Source of the DNA: Nemertoderma westbladi
Lineage: Eukaryota > Animalia > Xenacoelomorpha
Direction: 5' to 3'
DNA length: 64,000 bases
NCBI GenBank assembly: GCA_032718475.1
Contig: JAUCBJ010001302.1
Location: forward strand, 1-64,000
The notes under the pieces were generated by a model. The model saw only the letters and a program-made list of their open reading frames with translations. It made no database searches and was not told the origin of the DNA. Positions 32,576 to 47,321 of the stretch are shown piece after piece. The stretch's first letter is position 1, and every line of letters begins with the position of its first letter. The position numbers and the translations under genes are program-made.

Positions 32576-34758
32576 CTGTCTTAATGATCTTCTCTTAATA
32601 GTAGTTGTATTGTGGGGCGAGCCATGAAAATGGCGGAGCTTTAGCAAACTGAAGTGAAGTTGTTGAAGTGAAAATATGTAGGCATCAATCAATAGGGCCA
32701 AAAGTTAGGATTTTTGAAGCTCAACAGTCTCCCGCTAGGGCTACATGTCTAAAGCCGCTAAAGGGCTAAATGTATGAAAGTGAATACCTTCCACCGTTTC
32801 CTTGATTTTAATCCGTATATGTCTGAAATTAAACGTGTTATTTATTATAATTGGTTAGGGGACATCTGCTTATATTTTAAATTTAATTGTTTTGAGTTAA
32901 CACTTAACATAAGTTTCTGCTACGTTCTGTGCGATGCCCCACTTCGTGTAAGTTGTGGGCAACGGAGACGCATTAATAATAATTTATTTAACACTATATT
33001 ACTGGATGCAAAGCGATGTATATATATTTACTTAGCCTCAGCTCACGTCTATGGTATAATGAGACGTGACACACTCCATATCGTAGCAGAATTGACGCAA
33101 CATTATTACTTAAATATTCATATTGAAATATGTAATTCATATATGCAGCTGTAATATTTACGTGATGAGCGTTACATTTTGACAACAGTAAATTAGGATA
33201 AAATATACCCGGGCAGCTTCTGAATATTCATGGTAGGTTATTTAATAGCCATGAATATATCCTTAAAATCATATTCTTGTGATAATATTTATACAATACA
33301 ATGTATATCGCAGATTAAATAGGGCCAGGATTAAATACTCAGCTAATCATTTTGTGAGATAAACAATAAGCAAGCTTTCTAATTAGTCTGGCTCATAGAT
33401 GTAATTTACCCTTTCCACGCTGGCTCGAGTAGTGGTGACGTACGTTTGACTGGTTTCCAGCTAGGCAATAGCAAGCACGCCGGCCATGCAGGGGTGTGGA
33501 GCTGGAAGTATAGGGTATGGAGAGATGGGGCACTTTATTAGTTAATTATGTTTAGATCAATTAAAAACACATTATTAAAGTAAATCACTTGAACTAATTA
33601 AAAACTATAATGGAGTGGTGTATGTGAATTACAGATGTATAATTCATGCGTGTTGTAATTCATTTACAGTTAGGTCAATCTACTGATTTACTGGGGTTGT
33701 GAGTGGATCAAAATTCGCCGTCATAGGAACAAGTTCGCAAACGATTTGTGAGTGAGACAGACTAATTAATTTTCATAAGAACAAAGTTCGCAAAAATAGG
33801 AAGAAAGATCGCTGTGAATTTTACAAAATTCTCATTTTCACGTTTTAGGAACAAAGTTCATTAGCTTTGTAACTATTTGCTAGATAATTATTAGCTGAAG
33901 AACTATTATCTGAATAGCATTCGTTAGGTTAGAGAACTAATTGGCTGCGGAACTATTAGCTGAAAAACAATTTCCTGGATAACTATAAGCTGGAGAACTA
34001 TAGCTGGTTAATTATTAGCTGGATAACTATTAGCTGGGAGCTAATTTCTTCAGGATTGTCCAACTCTTAGGTGGTGAAGGTAAAGTTCACTATGCACCAG
34101 ATGCATTAGCATTTTCTAGACTCATCCTAAAAATGAGATGGAGCAATATACGAAGACAATATATGATGATGAAACATCTGAGGAACTATGGATGGACCCA
34201 TCATCGTTGCAATCAACATGATGAATGTCCCGCAACAAAATATTAACTATCGTCATAGCATAAATATGTATATTACATAGCAAATTCGAAATGGGTTTCC
34301 AGAACATAAGGTTTAACTGGACATAAAAATGTGACCTTATTGGAGCGCACATGCAGATCTAAGTTTATACTTTACAGCAGGGTTAATATTAAAAGGTCGC
34401 CAAGTAGTTATACCAAAAAATTAACGAAGAAAGGTAACGGAACAACTGCATGCTGCACACAATGGTCAGACTGCATGCTGCACATAATGGACAAACTGCA
34501 TGCTGCTCACAATGGTCAGACTGCTTGCTGCACACAATGGTCAGACAAAGACTATAGAAAGGGCTGTCAGTGTCGGTTTGGTGTCCGATTATGTGAAATT
34601 ACATATTACATTATAGAGAAGAGTGTTACTGTGCAGAATTCCGTCCATTCGAATTCAAAGAACCACAATAACACCACACCCCGGCAACAAAACCCATGCA
34701 GATAATGCACCCTGACATTGGTAGCCAGCCATAAAACAACAAGAATATCAGTTAGAAA

Positions 34759-35165
34759 AAATCTGGAGCTCTTATATTATAACGCCCGTTCGTATATTAA
34801 TATACTTAAATGTTACTAGTTAGTTACATTTAACTTGAAGTAACATTTAAGTTGTTAGGTGGCACGGTTCGCTACTTATGTATTCATCAGTCAGTGTCAG
34901 TATGTAGCCCCGAACTACATGGGGTTGTCTGGTGCCACTCTGGTGTATCATGTCTGTATGTAGTAGGCTTATACGGGTGTGTAGTTTTTTTAGCGTTAGT
35001 TTAGTTGGTTTTATATTTTGGATATTTTTGTGGCGGGTACCTATGACCCTGAAGATGTCCCGAGGGGTGAAATTGATTGGTCGGTAGCGGTGATGGTTGA
35101 TATAACTAACTAGTAACATTTAAGTATATTAATATACGAATGGGCGTTGTAAAGGCTCCAGATTT
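34759..35165. mobile_element. MITE with imperfect TIRs of about 65 bp
   Basis: AAATCTGGAGC..AACGCCCGTTCGTATATTAATATACTTAAATGTTACTAGTTAGTTA and its reverse complement at 35104-35165. Confidence 0.8.
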
Positions 35166-35351
35166 GTTCTAACTGATATCCTGTTGTTTTATACGTTATG
35201 AACTCCCTGCAGTCGGCATGTCGTTTCCTGAATAACTTTAATATTGGTAGCCATGGCGGAAATAAATTTTTGATCACAACAGATGGGCCCATGTGAACTT
35301 TCCCAGAGTGACCAGGAAAGTCGAAATAAAATGGGTCAACATTTGTTTAAA

Positions 35352-38300
35352 GGGGTGGGTGGGTGGCTTGGTCGGTCGGTTGGTCGGTGGGAAGGTGGGA
35401 ATGTAGGAAGTTGGGAATGTGGGAAGGTGGATGGGAATGTGGGAATGCGGGAAGGTGGATGGGAATTTGGGAAGGATGGTGCGAATGTAGGAAGATGGTT
35501 ATGTGGGAAGTTGGGTGGGAATGTAGGAAGATGGGAAGGTGGGTGGGAATGTAGGAAGATGGGAATGTGGGAAGATGGGAAGGTGGATGGGAATTTCGGA
35601 AGGTCGGTGGGAATGTAGGAAGATGGGAATGTGGGAAGTTGGATGAGAATGTGGGTAGGTGAGTGGGAATGTAGGAAGATGAGAATATGGGAACGTTGTT
35701 TTTACCTACCAATTGAGGGAAAGGAGCAGGTTACAGCAACGGGCTTTTCTATCCAAACAATATACATTGTTATTCACATCTTCCCACATTTCCATCAACC
35801 TTCCCACCTCCCTACAATCCTATGAACATTCCCATCTTCCCACCCAGCCACCATCCCATATTCCCATCCACCTCCCTACATTCCCATCATCCTACATTCC
35901 TATCATCCATCTTTCCACATTCCCATCCACCTTCCCATCTTCCTACATTACCATCCACCTTCCCACATTCTCATACATCTTTCCACATTCCCATCCACCT
36001 TCCCACATTCCCATCTTCCTACATTCCCATCCACTTTCCCACATTCCCATCCACCTTCCCATCTTCCCACATTCCCGTCCAACTTCACACATTCCCATCT
36101 TCCTCATTCCCTCCCACTTTCCACATTCCCATCTTCCCACATTCCCATCCACCTTCCCAAATTATCATCTTCCCACATTCCCATCTTCCTACATTCTCAC
36201 CCACCTTCCCATCTTCCTACATTCCCATCCACCTTCCCATCTTTATACATTCCCATCCACCTTCCCATCTTCCCACATTCCCGTCCAACTTCACACATTC
36301 CCATCTTCCTCATTCCCTCCCACTTTCCACATTCCCATCTTCCCACATTCCCATCCACCTTCCCAAATTATCATCTTCCCACATTCCCATCTTCCTACAT
36401 TCTCACCCACCTTCCCATCTTCCTACATTCCCATCCACCTTCCCATCTTTATACATTCCCATCCACCTTCCCACATTCCCATCAACCTTCCCAAATTCCC
36501 ATCCACCTTCCCACATTCCCATCTCCCTACATTCTCATCCACCTTCCTATCTTCCCATCTTCCTACAATCCCACACACCTTCCCACATTCCCATCCACCT
36601 CCCCATAATCCCACATTCCCATCCACCTTCCCACATTCCCATCTTCCCACATTCCCATCCACCTTCCCACATTCCTCATTCCCACCCACCTTCCCACATT
36701 CCCATCCACCTTCCCACATTCCCACACACCTTCCCACATTCCCATCCACCTCCCCATATTCCCACATTCCCATCCACCTTCCCACATTCTCATCTTCCTA
36801 CATTCCCATCCATCTTCCCACATTCCCATCTTCCCACATTCCCATCCACCTTCCCACATTCTCATATTCCTACATTCCCATCCATCTTCCCACATTCCCA
36901 TCTTCCCACATTCCTATCTTCCAACATTCTCATCTTCCCACATTCCCATCTTCCTACATTACCATCCACCTTCCCACATTCTCATCCATCTTACCATCTT
37001 CCCACATTCCCAGCTTCCTACATTCCCATCCACTCCCACATTCCCATCTTCCTACATTCCAATCCACCTTCCCACATTCCCATCTTCCCACATTCCCATC
37101 TTGCCACATTCCCATCTTCCTCATTCCCACCCACCTTCCCACATTCCCATCCACCTTCCCATCTCCCCACATTCCCATCCACCTTCCCACATTCCCATCT
37201 TCCTACATTCCCATCTTCCCACATTCCCAACCACCTTCCCATCTTCCCACATACCCACCCACCTTCCCATCTTCCCACATTCCCATCCAACTTCCCATCT
37301 TCCTCATTCCCTCCCACCTTTTCACATTCCCATCTTCCCACATTCCCATCCACATTCCCAAATTCTCATCTTCCCACATTCCCATCTTCCTACATTCTCC
37401 CATCCACCTTCCCATATTCTCACATTCCCATATACCTTCCTATCTTCCCACATCCCCATCTTCCCACATTCCCACACACCTTCCCACATTCCCATCCACC
37501 TCCCCATATTCCCACATTCCCATCCACCTTCCCACATTCTCATCTTCCTACATTCCCATCCATCTTCCCACATTCCCATCTTCCCACATTCCCATCTTCC
37601 CACATTCCCATCTTCCCACATTCCCATCTTCCCACATTCTCATCTTCCTACATTCCCATCCATCTTCCCACATTCCCATCCATCTTCCCACATTCCCATC
37701 TTCCTACATTCCCATCTTCCCACATTCCCATCCATCTTCCCACATTCCCATCTTCCTACATTCCCATCCACCTTCCCACATTCTCATCCATCTTACCATC
37801 TTCCCACATTCCCAGCTTCCTACATTCCCATCCACCTTCCCACATTCTCATCTTCCTACATTCCAATCCACATTCTCATCTTCCCACATTCCCATCTTCC
37901 TCATTCCCACCCACCTTCCCACATTCCCATCCACCTTCCCATCTACCCACATTCCCATCCACCTTCCCACATTCCCATCTTCCTACATTCCCATCTTCCC
38001 ACATTCCCATCCACCTTCCCATCTTCCCACATTCCCATCCAACTTCCCATCTTCCTCATTCCCTCCCACCTTTTCACATTCCCATCTTCCCACATTCCCA
38101 TCCACATTCCCAAATTCTCATCTTCCCACATTCCCATCTTCCTACATTCTCCCATCCACCTTCCCATATTCTCACATTCCCATCCACCTTCCCACATTCC
38201 CATCTTCCCACATTCCCATCCACCCACATTCCCATCTTAACCCACCTTCCCACCCACCCACCCACCTTCCCTTCCCTTCCCACCCACCGACCTTCTCACT

Positions 38301-40830
38301 CAACGTCCGACCGACTGATCAACAGACCATCCCCCCTCAAAAAAGAGGACTTCGCGCAGCACGTGAATACCAAAACACCCCCATGTGAAGTTTCCCAGAC
38401 TGTTTGGGAAGATGGTCGAAAATACGAAAGTTGCCTAATGATAGTGAATGGGCCAAATTCCTTTTCGATGTGTTTTTTTTTCGCTGGGAATGGGAATCAT
38501 GGGAAGCTTCACATGGGCGAACAGATGAGTATTCAGGTTGGATCTCTGTGTATGAATGTGTAGAGCAAACACTGATACGAAAGCAATCTGTAGAAAACTC
38601 ACAATGGGTTTCGTGATTACTGATTATTGTTCACCCAAAACCGGAGGCCCACCATTCAATAGCGGCGAGCTCAACAATTTTCTGAAATCATGGGGGGGGG
38701 GGGGGTAGATAACGATATATCCTCTCTCCACCTCCCACAAACAATGGATGTGCAGAAAATGCAGTAAAGCAAGCCAAGAAACTCATTAAATGTTGCTGGA
38801 ATTAAAAAGCTGGTAGCATAGAAATGGGTAGTTTTTTGTAGGTTCTACTTGCTATTGGGCTACTTGCTTGCTGCTTGCTATTCAGATTGGGCTGGAGGAG
38901 AGTCACCAGCAGAAATAATGTTTGGACGCAAAATTAAAGAATCCAAGGGCGCAATTCCGAGACTAAGAAACGTCAGATATTCGTACATCTTCCTACATTC
39001 CCACACACCTTCCCACATTCACATCCACCTCCCCATATTCCCACATTCCCATCCACCTTCCCACATTCTCATCTTCCTACATTCCCATCCATCTTCCCAC
39101 ATTCCCATCTTCCCACATTCCCATCTTCTCACATTCCCATCCACCTTCCCATCTTCCTACTTTGCCATCCACCTTCCCACATTCTCATCCATCTTACCAT
39201 CTTCCCACATTCCCATCCACCTTCCCACATTCCCAGCTTCCTACATTCTCATCCACTTTCCCACATTCCCATATTCCTACATTCCAATCCACCTTCCCAC
39301 ATTCCCATCTTCCCACATTCCCATCTTGCCACATTCCCATCTTCATCATTCCCACCCACATTCCCATCCACCTTCCCACATTCCCATCTCCCTACATTCC
39401 CATCTTCCCAAATTCCCATACACCTTCCCATCTTCCCACATTCCCATCCATCTTCCCACATTCCCATCTTCCTCATTCCCTCCCACCTTTCCACATTCCC
39501 ATATTCCCACATTCACATCCACATTCCCCAATTCTCATCTTCCCACATTACCATCTTCCTACATTCTCACCCACCTTCCCATCTTCCTACATTCCCATCC
39601 ACCTTCCCACATTCCCAGCTTCATACATTCCCATCCACTTTCCCACATTCCCATCTTCCTACATTCCAATCCACCTTCCCACATTCCCATCTTCCCACAT
39701 CCCCATCTTGCCACATTCCCATCTTCCTCATTCCCACCCACCTTCCCACATTCCCATCCACCTTCCCATCTCCCCACATTCCCATCCACCTTCCCACATT
39801 CCCATCTTCCTACATTCCCGTCTTCCCACATTCCCATCCACCTGCCCACATTACCATCCACCTTCCCAAATTTTCATCTTCCTACATTCCCATCCACCTT
39901 CCCACATTCCCATCCACCTTCCCACATTCCCATCCACCTTCCCACATTCCCATCTTCCCACATTCCCATCTTCCCACATTCCCATCTTCCCACATTCCCG
40001 TATTCCTCATTCCCACCCACCTTCCCACATTTCCATCTACCTTCCCACATTCCCATCTTCCTACATTCCCATCCACCTTCCCACATTCCCATCTTCCCAC
40101 ATTCCCATCTTCCTACATTCCCATCCACCTTCCCACATTCTGATCTCCCCACATTCCCTTCCACCTTCCTAAATTCCCATCCACCTTCCCACATTCCCAT
40201 CTTCCTACATTCCCATCCACCTTCCTATCTTCCCACATTCCCATCTTCATACATTCCCACACACCTTCCCACATTCCCATCCACCTCACCATATTCCCAC
40301 ATTCCCATCCACCTTCCCACATTCTCATCTTCCTACATTCCCATCCACCTTCCCACATTCCCATCTTCCCACATTCCCGTATTCCTCATTCCCACCCACT
40401 TTCCCACATTCCCATCAACCTCCCCATATTCCTACATTCCCATCTACCTTCCCACATTCCCATCTTCCTACATTCCCATCCACCTTCCCACATTCCCATC
40501 TTCCCACATTATCATCTTCCTACATTCCCACACACCTTCCCACATTCCCATCCACCTTCCCATATTCCCACATTCCCATCCACCTTCCCACATTCCCATC
40601 TTCCTACATTCCCACCTTCCTACATTCCCATCTTCCCATCCACCTTCCCGCATTCCCATCTTCCCACATTCCCATCCACCCACATTCCCACCCACCCACC
40701 TTCCCTTCCCACCCACCCACCTTCCCTTCCCACCCACCCACCTTCCCTTCCCTTCCCACCCACCCACCTTCCCTTCCCACCAACCCACCTTCTCACTCAA
40801 CGTCCGACCGACTAATCAACAGACCATCCC
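35352..40830. repeat. Purine/pyrimidine-asymmetric low-complexity satellite (TTCCCACATTCCCATC-like) in inverted and tandem blocks
   Basis: G-rich orientation at 35352-35693, C-rich orientation at about 35775-38290 and about 38985-40795. The last two blocks end in the same unique sequence. Confidence 0.92.
38380..38980 (+). pseudogene. Degraded Ty3/Gypsy integrase fragment, copy 1
   Basis: Frameshifted translation gives GPPFNSGELNNFLKSWG..SSPP..NNGCAENAVKQAKKLI..SPAEIMFGRKI. Confidence 0.7.
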
Positions 40831-40877
40831 CCCTCAAAAAAAGACGACTTCGCGCAGCACGTGAATCCCAAAACACC

Positions 40878-41600
40878 CCCCATGTGAAGTTTCCCAGACA
40901 GTTTGGAAAGATGGTCGAAAATACGAAAGTTGCCTAATGATAGTGAATGGGCCAAATTCCTTTTCGATGTGTTTTTTTTTTTGCTGGGAATGGGAATCCT
41001 AGGAAACTTCACATGGGCGAACAGATGAGTATTCAGGTTGGATGTCTGTGTATGAATGTGTAGAGCAAACACTGATACGAAAGCAATCTGTAGAAAACTC
41101 ACAATGGGTTTCGTGATTACTGATTATTGTTCACCCAAAACCGGAGGCCCACCATTTAATAGCGGCGAGCTCAACAATTTTCTGAAATCATGGGGGGGTA
41201 GATAACGATATATCCTCTCTCCACCTCCCACAAACAATGGATGTGCAGAAAATGCAGTAAAGCAAGCCAAGAAACTCATTAAATGTTGCTGGAATGAAAA
41301 AGCTGGAAGCATAGAAATGGGTAGTTTTTTGTAGGTTCTACTTGCTATTGGGCTACTTGCTATTCAGATTGGGCTGGAGGAGTGTTACCAGCAGAAATAA
41401 TGTTTGGACGCAGAATTAAAGAACCTCTTCCAACCCGTCCAAGTGCGCAATTCCGAGACTAAGAAACGTCAGATATTCGAAATCAACGTGCCAACTCTGT
41501 GGACGATAGACGAGAAATGAAAAGGAAACAGTATGACGAGGACACAAAACCCTTGGATAGCCTCGCCATTGGCCGTCGCGTTGTTGTCCAAGATCCAAAA
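40878..41600 (+). pseudogene. Degraded Ty3/Gypsy integrase fragment, copy 2
   Basis: Near-identical duplicate of 38380-38980, extended at the 3' end (PAEIMFGRRIK..LPT). Confidence 0.7.
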
Positions 41601-41620
41601 TATTAACGGTGGGCGGTACA

Positions 41621-43452
41621 GGCACGTTAACAGCACACACATCACACCATGATAGCGGCACGTTAACAGCACACACATCACACCATGATAGCGGCACGTT
41701 AACAGCACACACATCACACCATGATAGCGGCACGTTAACAGCACACACATCACACCATGATAGCGGCACGTTGACAGCACACACATCACACCATGATAGC
41801 GGCACGTTAACAGCACACACATCACACCATGATAGCGGCACGTTAACAGCACACACATCACACCATGATAGCGGCACGTTAACAGCACACACATCACACC
41901 ATGATAGCGGCACGTTAACAGCACACACATCACACCATGATAGCGGCACGTTAACAGCACACACATCACACCTTGATAGCGGCACGTTAACAGCACACAC
42001 ATCACACCATGATAGCGGTACGTTAACAGCAGACACATCACACCATGATAGCGGCACGTTAACAGCACACACATCACACCATGATAGCGGCACGTTAACA
42101 GCACACACATCACACCATGATAGCGGCACGTTAACAGCACACACATCACACCATGATAGCGGCACGTTAACAGCACACACATCACACCATGATAGCGGCA
42201 CGTTAACAGCACACACATCACACCATGATAGCGGCACGTTAACAGCACACACATCACACCATGATAGCGGCACGTTAACAGCACACACATCACACCATGA
42301 TAGCGGCACGTTAACAGCACACACATCACACCATGATAGCGGCACGTTAACAGCACACACATCACACCATGATAGCGGCACGTTAACAGCACACACATCA
42401 CACCATGATAGCGGCACGTTAACAGCACACACATCACACCATGATAGCGGCACGTTAACAGCACACACATCACACCATGATAGCGGCACGTTAACAGCAC
42501 ACACATCACACCATGATAGCGGCACGTTAACAGCACACACATCACACCATGATAGCGGCACGTTAACAGCACACACATCACACCTTGATAGCGGCACGTT
42601 AACAGCACACACATCACACCATGATAGCGGTACGTTAACAGCAGACACATCACACCATGATAGCGGCACGTTAACAGCACACACATCACACCATGATAGC
42701 GGCACGTTAACAGCACACACATCACACCATGATAGCGGCACGTTAACAGCACACACATCACACCATGATAGCGGCACGTTAACAGCACACACATCACACC
42801 ATGATAGCGGCACGTTAACAGCACACACATCACACCATGATAGCGGCACGTTAACAGCACACACATCACACCATGATAGCGGCACGTTAACAGCACACAC
42901 ATCACACCATGATAGCGGCACGTTAACAGCACACACATCACACCATGATAGCGGCACGTTAACAGCACACACATCACACCATGATAGCGGCACGTTAACA
43001 GCACACACATCACACCATGATAGCGGCACGTTAACAACACACATATCACACCATGATAGCGGCACGTTAACAGCACACACATCACACCATGATAGCGGCA
43101 CGTTAACAACACACACATCACACCATGATAGCGGCACGTTAACAGCACACACATCACACCATGATAGCGGCACGTTAACAGCACACACATCACACCTTGA
43201 TAGCGGCACGTTAACAGCACACACATCACACCATGATAGCGGTACGTTAACAGCACACACATCACACCATGATAGCGGCACGTTAACAGCACACACATCA
43301 CACCATGATAGCGGCACGTTAACAGCACACACATCACACCATGATAGCGGCACGTTAACAGCACACACATCACACCATGATAGCGGCACGTTAACAGCAC
43401 ACACATCACACCATGACAGAGGCACGTTAACAGCACACACATCACACCATGA
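41621..43452. repeat. 36-bp homogeneous minisatellite, about 51 copies (GGCACGTTAACAGCACACACATCACACCATGATAGC)
   Basis: Near-perfect tandem array. Variant units recur every 612 bp. Confidence 0.97.
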
Positions 43453-43828
43453 CTATATCGTTTTAGTGGAGATCGTTTCATATTGAGGAATCGACATTTC
43501 GTACACAGAAAATTAACAAATATTGGCGAACTATTTACGCCATCTTATAAGGGATTACTTACTTACTTTTCTATACCTGTACTCGATTTGTTTTACATTG
43601 TATTGATTGTATATTATAAGGGGTCGTCAAAAAATTTCGTGACGCCAGAGTAGAGTTGTGTGCTTAATAAGGTACAGATAGGGTATAGATACTTACTACT
43701 ACAACAGTTAATGTAGTTATTTCTTTATTTGTGGTAAGTGTTACTTTTCTCTATTTATCGCGTTTGTAGTAATCTGTTTCTATTTGCAGTGGTTGTAGTA
43801 ACCTGTTACTTTTCTATATTTGTAGTAG

Positions 43829-43960
43829 ACTCAGTTACTGGGGATGACGAGGACCATTGCCATGGCACCGGTAAAACGCAATCTCGTAACCGACGAGCGA
43901 AACGACAACTGAGTATAGCGTGTGCGCTCTGCTTCACCTTCATGATCGCGGAGATAATCG
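43829..43960 (+). CDS. SLC30A2: SLC30/ZnT2-clade zinc transporter exon (HCH motif and TM1)
   Basis: DSVTGDDEDHCHG..RRAKRQLSIACALCFTFMIAEIIG. TAGTAG acceptor and GTGAGT donor. The symbol indicates the ZnT2/3/4/8 clade, not proven orthology. Confidence 0.9.
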
Positions 43961-44279
43961 GTGAGTTGGGATCCGTAAACCCGCGGGTACCACAACACCG
44001 GAGACAACCCAATAAGTTACCTGTAAGGCTTGGACACTCCATTCTTACACCCAGGGTTCAACACTCGACAGTTATCAAGACCATTTCTTTAGTGACCAGA
44101 CCACTATTGGTCGGGTTATATCAGAGTAATGGCAGTGACTGGAAGTGTAATATTAGTATACATGTATAACTTTATAATTATAGTTCTTAATAATATATTC
44201 TTCTTAAAGCATTTTTAAAACAGACATTTTTAAACCTTTACTTAACAGATTTACCCAACATACTGTTTCTCGTTTATAG

Positions 44280-44426
44280 GCGGATATATAGCCAATTCGC
44301 TAGCTATAATGACAGACGCTGCTCACATGCTCAGCGACTTTGCTTCCTTTTTAATCAGTCTGTTCGCCATTTGGGTGGCTTCTAAGCCAGCGACCCAACG
44401 TATGAGTTTCGGATATTATCGTGCAG
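44280..44426 (+). CDS. SLC30A2: SLC30/ZnT2-clade zinc transporter exon (TM2 with HxxxD zinc site)
   Basis: 147-bp AG..GT exon encoding GGYIANSLAIMTDAAHMLSDFASFLISLFAIWVASKPATQRMSFGYYRA, the cation-efflux family signature. I did not find further exons in the window. Confidence 0.95.
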
Positions 44427-47321
44427 GTTAGTTTCACTGATGTTCTCTATACATGTTAGTAACGGTACGGTTTTTGTTTTACACTTTCCGACTAGAATAT
44501 TTGGTAAAAAAAAATGTAGAATATTTGCCACTTGGTAACTTTCCCGAGTTGTTAATTCGATGAAACCATTCGGAGTTGTCAAGTAGAAGTGTAGGTTATA
44601 GTTACAGTGGAATTTTATATGATTTCCTCTATAAGGTGCCGTAGCGAAAGGTTATTGTCATAGCAACTATTTCTCTTAGCATGTTGTCTCGTCTACGTAT
44701 GGCTGTGTCGGTTTGTATGTCTGTTTTTGTTCTGTATTTCTGTTGTTAGCCTTTTATGTTATCCTTCTGACAGTATGATATCATTAAGTCTATCTGTGAC
44801 ACTTCGATGTTATGTGTCTGTTGTCGTTACAGTCCGTTTTTAAATAGTTATTTAAGCTGAAAATGTAAATTTAACCTAAAATATACTAAACATTTACGAG
44901 TATAGTGCACAATAATCAGTAAATATAATAAATATATTGGGATCTCAGAGTTAAAAGTTATATATTATAATATCGTCGATAGATTTCTTGCATCAACTTT
45001 GATATGTTAATTTATTATTCAAGTTTGTTGACAGCTTCGGGTTTTTAATAACCGCGACAATAGATTGGATTTGGAATGAGATTGAAGGTTATTTCTGAGT
45101 AGATATACTATTTAAACTGAGCGCTATGCGATGCATGCAAAGTCAGGTTGCCTCTTAGTGAGGGCGTTGGCCAGATTTAATATCATTATGATTCTCATTC
45201 TATGCGAATCTTTTATTATTATATCTTCAAGGCTACAATGACATGCGATGAGTAGGTATAGGGGTACTGTGGGTTTTATTGGGGATCGGGAGCGGTGGTT
45301 GTTCTACATCGTAGCTGCATCGTTATTACTGTCATTAGAGTTCTTGGTGTGTTTGTTAAGGGCTTCGCCGCGCTGTGTAACCCCGATATGCTTGACTAGT
45401 GAAACTGCGCGGCAATAGCTTTGTCTACTAACAGAAGCAGAGAGCGTAGCGTTGTTATGGTTGTCTGGAAATGGGCCAGCTAATTAAACTTCCGGTTTAC
45501 TGCCAGATTATTTTAAGCTTTTATTTTAATTGATAAATCATAATGATTCCCGTTTGTAATTATATACAACGTAGGAAATTACGACCGCCCGCCTGCCCAT
45601 CAGTCCGTAAAAGTGAAACATTTCATGTGTAAAGCTACTGCTGTACTGTACTGACCTATGCCTAACTTTATGTTAAATTAATCATTGTACCTCCAGGGAT
45701 AGTTCCTGTACCTATTATTTATCCGGAAAATATCACATCGCAACCTATATCGTGGAGGAAATCCTGCTGCATATCAGCTGCATATCAGCTAGTAAAAGTA
45801 ATCAGTATTTCCCTAAACCCTGAGTATTTGTCCGTTTAACAATGCTCGTTAATTGTATCCGCTTTAAAAATATAACGAGGCCTAGATTATTGTGCTCATC
45901 AGATTGTGAGTTTATTATCCTAAGGGTAGGAGATATCAACAGTCTAACTCACAACTCTCTATATTTGGGCAAAGGAGGGAAAATAATGTTCTTAATTAAT
46001 TTTTAATTTATAATTATAATACTAATAATGTATTTAATTAATTGGGTGTATTTAACAACATTGCTTATGAGAGGGGACCGGCAACAACGTAACTCGTGTA
46101 ACTAAGGTTACATGGAGATCAATTGATTGTATATGTATATGGTTATATGGGGGAGAAGTTGTTTGCGCGGACGTTTAGTGTTTTCGAGATGAGAGGGAAT
46201 TTTAAGAATCAATTAAGTATTACATGAAAATAAAGTAGCTTTATTTCACTGATAACAGCTGGAAATAAAGGGCAATTTAGTGGCCAACCTGACAATGGAG
46301 GATAATAAAGGCCAACAAAACGACATCAGCGGTGTGTCCAATCAGTGATACATGAAGAATTTCACATTTCCTTTTTATTTAATTAATTAAAAAATTTTAT
46401 AATATGCAGCTCGCGTAGCATCATTGGCAACTAAATATAATGGTGACTTGTCCCGTCCCGGCTCATACATTAAGCAAATCTTTGAAACAAAGCCCTCCGG
46501 GTGGATTAAGTAGATTCCTCCATTATATGCAACCAAGCGAGCACCTGCAGTATCTTATCCCCGACACCCTATCGGGTCGACAAGAAGAAATTCATTATGC
46601 AGTCAACACGGATCTCGCAATGAGCTGTAAATTACTTTCGCGCTGACGCCTGTTTCCTTAACGCTGCTCAGATTAAAATTATACCCCCAACTTCCACGTA
46701 TAGCGCACGCGAAGCGGTAACATTTCGTTTCCGCACTCCTATATGTGTAGCTACTGTGTCAGTCCATGGGCTAGATGGCGCCATTACTACATTACTCGTA
46801 ATTAGGGATTTGTTCTTGCAACGAATAAGTCACTTTGCAGTTCAGGAGGCCATTGCATTTCTTCGCTGATATAGGCCATGTATTTATTTTACGGGATTGC
46901 GCTGTCCGATGAGCTTAGGGCGAGGATTGTTCACGTTTAATCCAAAACCAATCGATATAGTGGTGTATAACTCCGTATTGTGAGGGTTAAAAGATTATCT
47001 CTGTGTGTCTGATTTCCCTGATACTGCAGCACAATGCATTCGTTATCGACGCTATGAACCCCATATTGTTATGTTGTGTAAGCGAGTTTGGCTAGCCATG
47101 GGCCCGGCGGTGGCACCTGCTGACGCGGTGGGCCGATGAGGAAATAAGAGATATTTAAAGGTTGAGAGTCTTTAGAGTAGAGAGACTAATGTAGTTGTTA
47201 TCAAGTATAGCGCTTTGCACGTCATGGAATTCGTAATTTTATTCGGCAATTTTAAGGCCGGGGAAACCCCCCCCCCCCCCCCCCCCCCCTGAACACTTTT
47301 TTTAATTAGATTTTATTGATA

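Noticed and set aside
35713-40864. Long P/H/S/F-rich and W/G/E-rich ORFs (up to 913 aa)
   Set aside because: By-products of a stop-poor low-complexity satellite that is open in several frames on both strands.
41416-43486. His-rich (GTLTAHTSHHDS)n and Cys-rich repeat ORFs next to a zinc transporter
   Set aside because: The unit is a multiple of 3 and lacks stops in three frames. There is no synonymous-site pattern or gene structure, so the metal-binding appearance is probably coincidental.
43738-44169. 143-aa ORF as a complete gene
   Set aside because: Only 43829-43960 is ZnT-like and bounded by splice sites. The rest is intron read-through.
46905-46930. CCGATGAGCTTAGGGCGAGG, hammerhead-like
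   Set aside because: Several core mismatches and no supporting stems I or III.
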